Virus record (IMG/VR): IMGVR_UViG_3300009008_003239
Location: 1-52,407 of that record
Strand: one strand, 5' to 3'
DNA length: 52,407 bases
From: a virus
Taxonomy: Duplodnaviria > Caudoviricetes
Below are positions 47,586-52,407 of this stretch, piece after piece. Under the pieces are notes generated by a model, which was given only the letters and a program-made list of their open reading frames with translations, searched no databases and was not told the DNA's origin. A program made the position numbers and the translations under genes. Numbering within the stretch: position 1 is the first letter of the stretch; each line of letters opens with the position of its first letter.

Positions 47586-47787
47586 TCTTTTTTTGCTCCT
47601 TTAGCTTTATTTGATGCTCTGGACTGACTCTAGTCTTTACTACAAACTTACCAGTACTGCGACGTCGAATCTTAGCTTGCATTGTCTCATCTTGCAAGAT
47701 CTCAGTCTTTACAGCAGCTGCAGACGTATAATCATCGTATTTACCGTGTATTTTCCATGACTTATTAAAATTATTATTTACTTCCAC
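47515..47787 (-). CDS. Hypothetical basic protein (90 aa)
   Basis: GTG start with TAAGGAG SD. Confidence 0.7.
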   Translation of the reverse strand: MEVNNNFNKSWKIHGKYDDYTSAAAVKTEILQDETMQAKIRRRSTGKFVVKTRVSPEHQIKLKEQKKNGKSKRRNKKTTGGGESNTPTSV

Positions 47788-47860
47788 TGATTTCTCCTTA
47801 TAATTTAACCAGCTCTCTTTTATAATATAATATAATACGTTAATAAAATACTTAAATAAT

Positions 47861-48217
47861 TTAAGTTAAATTTAACCAATTATATCTCTTACGTTCTTTT
47901 AAATAATTAATATTATTCTGGTTTTTAAAAGCTTCCATCTCAAATGGTATGCGCATATACGCTCTTTTCCCGTCTCCACGAAACTTGACATACCAAAATA
48001 GATAAAACGCCAAGTACAAGATCCACTGGCCGATAAATAATAATTCCAGCTGTTGTTGAAAGTGGATCGTTTCATGGCGTCTAGTATTATCATCCAGTTC
48101 ATGTCTAGACCACACCCAAAATCCAAAACTAATAGCCCATATATTGATGGGCGCTAGTTTAGATAATATTTCTGGAATACGACTTGGCGCAATAAACTTA
48201 GGAGTCCAATGTTTCAT
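47861..48217 (-). CDS. Hypothetical HEXXH-motif membrane-associated protein
   Basis: RRHETIHFQQQLEL, then a hydrophobic segment, then AYMRIPFEMEAF. Confidence 0.75.
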   Translation of the reverse strand: MKHWTPKFIAPSRIPEILSKLAPINIWAISFGFWVWSRHELDDNTRRHETIHFQQQLELLFIGQWILYLAFYLFWYVKFRGDGKRAYMRIPFEMEAFKNQNNINYLKERKRYNWLNLT

Positions 48218-48220
48218 TTT

Positions 48221-49246
48221 TTAAAACCCTGCCATGGCATCAACTATTAACTTTGCTACTACATACGGATCGCAGTTTGAAGCCGGTCTTCGATCTTCTA
48301 CATATCCCTTCCACAATTCAGCTGTCGACGTTGGTACCCGAATTGAAGAGCCTCTGTCGGCCACGCCCCATGAAAATTTCGAAATATGTTGCGTTTCATG
48401 ATCACCAGTTAGTCTATTTTCGTTACCTAGTCCATATCCAGCTATATGTTTATCATGCCTTTTTTCGAAAGATTCGAATACTTTTTCAAAATATTCCTTC
48501 CCACCTACGTTTCGCATGTGAAAGTTGCTGAAATTTGTATGACACCCGGATCCGTTCCAGTCCCCTCTGATTGGCTTGGGGTCTATATTGATATCCCAAC
48601 CATTTTCTTCACACATCTTGTATAGCATGTATCTACTAATCCATAAGTCGTCACATGCTTTTAGTGTATCTGTCGCAAAGCACTGGAATTCCCATTGCCC
48701 TATTGCTACTTCTGCATTAACTCCTGTTAAGTTTATTCCAGAGGAGAGGCATTTTTTTAAATGTGCTTCAACCAGCGGCCTTCCTTTTACTTGGTTCCCA
48801 CCAACACCACAGTAGTACAAACCTTGTGGCTCAGGGTAGCCATCGCTAGGAAAACCAAGTGGCTTGCCATTGACAGTAATAAAGTACTCCTGCTCAAACC
48901 CCCACCAAAAAGTATCTGTATCCAGCAAAGCAAGGCTATTATTCAAAGACGCCCTTTTATTTGACACATGAGTAACACCGTTAGCATCTAAAACTTCGCA
49001 AAGTACAATATAGTGTTTATCGCTATATCGATAATTCCTAACAGGCTGTAAAATGCATTCTGATGAAGCTCCCGGCGCTTGCTTTGTTGAACTTCCATCA
49101 AAATTCCACAGGGGCGTCTCCCCGGTCCAATTGCGCATAGTTCTTATTTTACTTCTTAAATTAGGGGTTTTATAGCCATCCAACCACACATACTCTAAAA
49201 TTGTAAATTCGCTATCATTAGCAGCAGGTTGTTTTAGGTTCTTCAT
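48221..49246 (-). CDS. glnII: Glutamine synthetase type II
   Basis: 341 aa. LEYVWLDG, LRSK, WNFDGSST, GFEQEY, PQGLYYCGVG, NAEVAIGQWEFQ, DWNGSGCHTNFS, RLTGDHET, DRGSSIRVP, GYVEDRRPASNCDPY. Confidence 0.95.
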   Translation of the reverse strand: MKNLKQPAANDSEFTILEYVWLDGYKTPNLRSKIRTMRNWTGETPLWNFDGSSTKQAPGASSECILQPVRNYRYSDKHYIVLCEVLDANGVTHVSNKRASLNNSLALLDTDTFWWGFEQEYFITVNGKPLGFPSDGYPEPQGLYYCGVGGNQVKGRPLVEAHLKKCLSSGINLTGVNAEVAIGQWEFQCFATDTLKACDDLWISRYMLYKMCEENGWDINIDPKPIRGDWNGSGCHTNFSNFHMRNVGGKEYFEKVFESFEKRHDKHIAGYGLGNENRLTGDHETQHISKFSWGVADRGSSIRVPTSTAELWKGYVEDRRPASNCDPYVVAKLIVDAMAGF

Positions 49247-49251
49247 AAACG

Positions 49252-49258
49252 TAATTAG
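49252..49258 (-). promoter_or_regulatory. Putative late-promoter motif CTAATTA, 5 nt before the glnII ATG
   Basis: Lies in a 24-bp intergenic gap with no SD sequence. Confidence 0.45.
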
Positions 49259-49270
49259 TTGAGTTAGAGA

Positions 49271-50821
49271 TTACTGCTGCTCATACCAGTTAATTGACAG
49301 ATCCCCAGCAATATTCTGGCTTGAACGAAAAGCAATGACTAAATTACTATTGCGTGTAATTACAAATCTCATGTCACTCAAATCAACTGTGGTAGACGAT
49401 TGTGGCGCGACTGCAAAAGTGTAAAATGGCGTTGCCCCCACAGTTGTTATTGTGCTTGTACCAGGAACCAATGTTGAAGTTGAAGCAACACTATTTGTCT
49501 CATTAACGTACTGATAATCGACTTCGCCTCCGATGTCGACACCCTCAAACAGTCCTACAGTAAGAGTTTTTGCAGTGTTCTCATTGGAACAATTGATTGA
49601 TAATATGTCAAACTCCCCATAGCTAACTTTGTTATTAAAAATTGCATCTACTTTCATAGCCAGCACTGGTTGATCTAGAAAGTCATTATCATTTTGGCTA
49701 GAGAAAGTAATAGCTTTACTGTATTGTGGATCCAGATTTGCCGTTTTGCCCTCTACAAATGCTCCAAGAGATCCACCTTTTAAAGTTACATTAGTGGTGT
49801 TGCCTGTGTTGAGGTTCAACAACTTCGGCGACATATTAGGGTTTCTCAAGACAGGAGTTGTTCTGGAATTGGCATTTTTTATTTCATGAACTTTGATAAA
49901 GTTACCAGTATCAGGATCTTCCACACTGAAATGCGCATTGCCAAATCCTAAATATTGATACCCTACTTGGTAGACATTCCCTTTTTGTGGGTCTAAAACC
50001 ATCCCAGAATCACCGGTGCCATCCAACTTGTCACCATTGAAGCTTCCAGATGGAATAAAAGTATCAGTTGGATCAACGCCTGCATTTATTTGAGAAAAAG
50101 TTCCAGCAATCGTGGCTCCGGAAACAGAATAAGTGCCAGTTTTTCCACTTTTAGGTCTAGTTGAGACAAAATACACATCTGAACCGACAGCATCAGCAAA
50201 CCACCCGTCTCCAACTTGAGAATAATCTGCTTTTGATAGTTGATAAGCAGTCTGTGTAGTGTCATTTCCCCCCACTACTGCCACTATGATTGAATTTCCG
50301 TTAAGAGTGACCGTAACATCACCACTATTTGCACCTGAGGTGATTTCAACTTTTCTTACTTCAACCTGTCCAGTTTCGCGGTGAAGAACACCAAAGTCTG
50401 TACCATCATAACCAAAATAATATCCAGATTCATCATTACCAATACCAATTAGCTGTTTATTATTCGCCACTGGAGTATCAAAAATTGCAGTACCTCTCAT
50501 TAGAGAGCCCTGCCCAGGTCTGTATTTTAAACCTCTTCGAGTTCGAACTTCTGCGCAACCTGCAGAATCAGTACCAGTGCTGACTTCAGCCATTCCATTG
50601 CTATTAGATACTGACGCACCAGTGAAACTACCGGTTGTAAAAACCCTGTCGTTAACTCCGTAAACAAAATCGCCCTGAGCTACGGGCATCACATCTGAGG
50701 TTGTGATCTCTCCGAATGCACTCAGTGGGCTTGTAATTGCTGCTTCTTGAACTCCACCAAGTTTTTTTGGCTTATTTAAGTCGGTATATCCCGTTATCCT
50801 ACTCCTATTGAACCAGACCAA
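49271..50821 (-). CDS. Beta-rich virion structural protein (hypothetical)
   Basis: 516 aa, Gly/Ser/Thr-rich with a lectin-like pattern (KYRPGQGS...GYYFGYDG...YQYLGFG). True start probably the ACG at 50794 (see findings). Confidence 0.7.
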   Translation of the reverse strand: MVWFNRSRITGYTDLNKPKKLGGVQEAAITSPLSAFGEITTSDVMPVAQGDFVYGVNDRVFTTGSFTGASVSNSNGMAEVSTGTDSAGCAEVRTRRGLKYRPGQGSLMRGTAIFDTPVANNKQLIGIGNDESGYYFGYDGTDFGVLHRETGQVEVRKVEITSGANSGDVTVTLNGNSIIVAVVGGNDTTQTAYQLSKADYSQVGDGWFADAVGSDVYFVSTRPKSGKTGTYSVSGATIAGTFSQINAGVDPTDTFIPSGSFNGDKLDGTGDSGMVLDPQKGNVYQVGYQYLGFGNAHFSVEDPDTGNFIKVHEIKNANSRTTPVLRNPNMSPKLLNLNTGNTTNVTLKGGSLGAFVEGKTANLDPQYSKAITFSSQNDNDFLDQPVLAMKVDAIFNNKVSYGEFDILSINCSNENTAKTLTVGLFEGVDIGGEVDYQYVNETNSVASTSTLVPGTSTITTVGATPFYTFAVAPQSSTTVDLSDMRFVITRNSNLVIAFRSSQNIAGDLSINWYEQQ

Positions 50822-51234
50822 TTATCGACTAAGCTAGTCTTATTAATTCCGGTTAAGCCGGCGCCTATAGAGGCTGAACATTCATTTACAGAATCGCTCA
50901 TTAAGTAGATGTCTATTACTTTGAATTCTGCTTCAAAACTTTCGCCGTTATTCAAAATTAGATAGTTGTTGTCTACTAAGCCTTTGACACCTACGTCAGA
51001 AAAACCGAATCTTAAAGGCACATTAGTAGCACTACCAGGAAGAGTATTTGTTACAATAATAAACCTTGAAACTGATTCAAACGATATTTTTAATGTCGTA
51101 GAACCAGACGCTGGCACAGCCAAGGATGAGGTAAGATATGGCCGTCCGGAGACTTGATAAGACCCCACATTTCCCAGCCCAACTTTGTGTTGGTTGAAGA
51201 TAGCTTGTCCAGTCTTAGGATCGGTAGTGGCCAT
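50794..51234 (-). CDS. Hypothetical virion protein (146 aa, beta-rich)
   Basis: ATG with GAGG SD; GLGNVGSYQVSGRPYLTSS; preceded by a GTATTTA motif. Confidence 0.75.
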   Translation of the reverse strand: MATTDPKTGQAIFNQHKVGLGNVGSYQVSGRPYLTSSLAVPASGSTTLKISFESVSRFIIVTNTLPGSATNVPLRFGFSDVGVKGLVDNNYLILNNGESFEAEFKVIDIYLMSDSVNECSASIGAGLTGINKTSLVDNWSGSIGVG

Positions 51235-51272
51235 AGAGGACCCTCATATATGCAAAATCTATACAGTCTCTA

Positions 51273-51279
51273 TAAATAC
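51273..51279 (-). promoter_or_regulatory. Putative late-promoter variant GTATTTA
   Basis: Intergenic, 38 nt upstream of ATG 51234; one mismatch to CTATTTA. Confidence 0.35.
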
Positions 51280-51304
51280 TACTTAAAACTTAAAAATTCC
51301 AATA

Positions 51305-51376
51305 TTACTCATCTTTCCATGTGGCATATATTAAACATATTAAGATAATGCCTCCAAAGATTGCTGCTAACTTCAT
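51305..51376 (-). CDS. Putative 23-aa single-pass membrane microprotein
   Basis: MKLAAIFGGIILICLIYATWKDE*; ATGA-coupled to the upstream stop. Confidence 0.4.
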   Translation of the reverse strand: MKLAAIFGGIILICLIYATWKDE

Positions 51377-52272
51377 ACACCAGCCCACTCTTTAAGGTCG
51401 CTTAATAGGGAGGCTGATCTTTCTTTAGAGGCAATGTTTAAGCTAGGAGATTTATTAGCATATTTTCCATGCCACCAGACATAATCTCCAGCCTCTACCA
51501 CCATCTCTTCAAAGTCGTCCACTATATTTCGAATTTCACCCTCACCGTTCATGGCCTTTTCCGCTACAGCATATATCCCGGATCCGACCGTCCGCACCCA
51601 CCAGTCCAAGCTATTTTCTAGTTTTCGAGGATCAGCAGCTGGATCTTCTATTATAGCTATATAACTGTGTACATCCTGCATTATACTCTTAAGATCTTCA
51701 GTGATTGGTGAACCTGTCATTTCAGCTAGTTGCAAACCATGTACACCGTTATTTAAAAAAGCATTGAAGATCTTTTCTTCGTCACTTATTTTTGCCTCCA
51801 GGTCATTAGCAATATCACGAAGTTCTGCAGCATCATCTACATCAGAATCTGGGTCCGCTGCTTCGGTTAGGTATATTCGCCAATTTTCAAATAAATTTAG
51901 TTGATGAGGGCTTGTTTCTACACGCCGTAGGAAAGCGTTGAGGTCTTCTTCTTCATCTGATTTAACAGTTGGCCATTTATCTGCCTCATTAGTGCCGTCT
52001 GGTATAGTCGCGCTAAAAATCCACATGCCTAATCCAGTATCATACTCATAGTCAATTATCGGCTGTCTCGGGCTCCAACGATGCTGTGAGCTTTGTGCGG
52101 AATTAAAGCTAGCATCTTGAATTGCATCTTCGATTGCCGATCGATCTAATACTTTTGGTTGTTCGACATCCGCACTAGGATGAATGGCCAACTCTGCTTC
52201 ATCAGATAAGCCGTCATTGTCTGCGTCTGTCTCTTTTAGATATCCTCGCCAATTTTCAAATAGTTTCTGCAT
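51373..52272 (-). CDS. Acidic hypothetical protein with duplicated LFENWRxYLxE motif (putative head-internal protein)
   Basis: 299 aa. KLFENWRGYLKE at the N-terminus and NLFENWRIYLTE internally, each followed by an Asp-rich loop. Confidence 0.75.
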   Translation of the reverse strand: MQKLFENWRGYLKETDADNDGLSDEAELAIHPSADVEQPKVLDRSAIEDAIQDASFNSAQSSQHRWSPRQPIIDYEYDTGLGMWIFSATIPDGTNEADKWPTVKSDEEEDLNAFLRRVETSPHQLNLFENWRIYLTEAADPDSDVDDAAELRDIANDLEAKISDEEKIFNAFLNNGVHGLQLAEMTGSPITEDLKSIMQDVHSYIAIIEDPAADPRKLENSLDWWVRTVGSGIYAVAEKAMNGEGEIRNIVDDFEEMVVEAGDYVWWHGKYANKSPSLNIASKERSASLLSDLKEWAGV

Positions 52273-52276
52273 ATTA

Positions 52277-52283
52277 TAAATAG
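52277..52283 (-). promoter_or_regulatory. Putative late-promoter motif CTATTTA, 4 nt before ATG
   Basis: ACTATTTA-TAAT-ATG; same spacing as at 44880; no SD. Confidence 0.45.
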
Positions 52284-52291
52284 TATATAAA

Positions 52292-52311
52292 TGGTGGAGG
52301 TGCCGGGAGTT
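52292..52311 (-). ncRNA. ssrA: Isolated 3' end of tmRNA (or tRNA-Ala): half T-loop, T-stem strand, acceptor strand, CCA
   Basis: Minus strand AACTCCCGG-CACCTCC-A-CCA. The acceptor strand would pair with GGGGGTG, giving the G3.U70 alanine determinant. The matching 5' T-stem/TTC is absent immediately upstream, so this is a fragment. Confidence 0.6.
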
Positions 52312-52345
52312 ACAAATTTCCCAACTGGCGTTTTGTGATCTTCAT
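52310..52345 (-). pseudogene. 11-codon gene stub MKITKRQLGNL*
   Basis: ATG directly follows the upstream TAA. Its own TAA overlaps the tmRNA fragment. Confidence 0.4.
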
Positions 52346-52407
52346 TTATAACTCTTCTCGATATCTTGGATCAATTGCTACTAACCTTTTATGGCCGGGA
52401 TCTGTTT
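52346..52407 (-). CDS. C-terminal end of a gene entering from the right edge
   Basis: One frame is open to TAA at 52346 (...TDPGHKRLVAIDPRYREEL*); too short to identify. Confidence 0.35.
   Translation of the reverse strand, partial: TDPGHKRLVAIDPRYREEL

Noticed and set aside
47790-47870. AT-rich TATAA repeats as a replication origin or repeat element
   Set aside because: Short low-complexity intergenic DNA with no iterons; most simply a promoter region.
318-51904. Numerous short plus-strand and nested ORFs in the track
   Set aside because: They are antisense or out-of-frame shadows of long minus-strand genes, with no recognisable motifs. Only the protease ORF ending at 45610 is credible.
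51271-52282. T4 late promoters TATAAATA on the plus strand (51271, 52275)
   Set aside because: They point away from the adjacent minus-strand gene starts and no credible plus-strand gene follows; better explained as the reverse complement of the TATTTA motif.
52292-52407. Complete tRNA/tmRNA, or a group I intron in the T-loop
   Set aside because: No 5' half is adjacent, and the upstream sequence reads as coding (gene end plus ATG stub) rather than intron core. Cannot be wholly excluded at the window edge.
1-52407. Stop-codon reassignment, as seen in some large phages
   Set aside because: Code 11 gives near-complete coding density with multi-kb ORFs, and TAA, TAG and TGA all end genes at coupled junctions.
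1-52407. Eukaryotic giant virus, bacterial chromosome or extracellular contractile injection system
   Set aside because: SD motifs, operon coupling, gp6/gp25/gp55-like genes and a mix of small orphans with auxiliary metabolic genes fit a large tailed phage, despite GSII, MAM and the sugar genes.

Overview
A 52.4-kb segment of a large, probably jumbo, T4-like myovirus genome. It is gene-dense, almost entirely minus-strand, uses the standard genetic code, and shows SD motifs and TAATG/ATGA translational coupling. (1) 1-28.4 kb is a contractile-tail baseplate module: giant virion proteins (>846, 2196 and 3439 aa; the 2196-aa one carries LamG and MAM domains), gp6- and gp25-like wedge subunits, an HxH-tipped spike, and an OB-fold/M15-peptidase hub protein. 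(2) 28.4-30.3 kb holds a gp55-like late sigma factor and small genes. (3) 30.3-40.4 kb is a ~10-kb nucleotide-sugar/glycosyltransferase cluster with no recognisable membrane or export components, containing two internally deleted methyltransferase remnants. (4) 40.4-49.3 kb is an accessory/auxiliary metabolic region: Cas4/AddB-like nuclease, HEXXH proteins, redoxin and trypsin lipoproteins, Hc1 histone-like protein, PIN-PhoH, SpoU methyltransferase, PurA and type II glutamine synthetase. (5) 49.3-52.4 kb holds virion or head-internal proteins and an orphan tmRNA 3' end. The most notable observations are the soluble glycosylation system beside the late sigma factor, a recurring CTAWTTA motif predicting leaderless transcripts, a duplicated LFENWRxYLxE putative capsid-targeting/cleavage signal, a probable ACG start codon, and the tmRNA fragment. 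All family calls come from motif recognition by eye; no searches were run.
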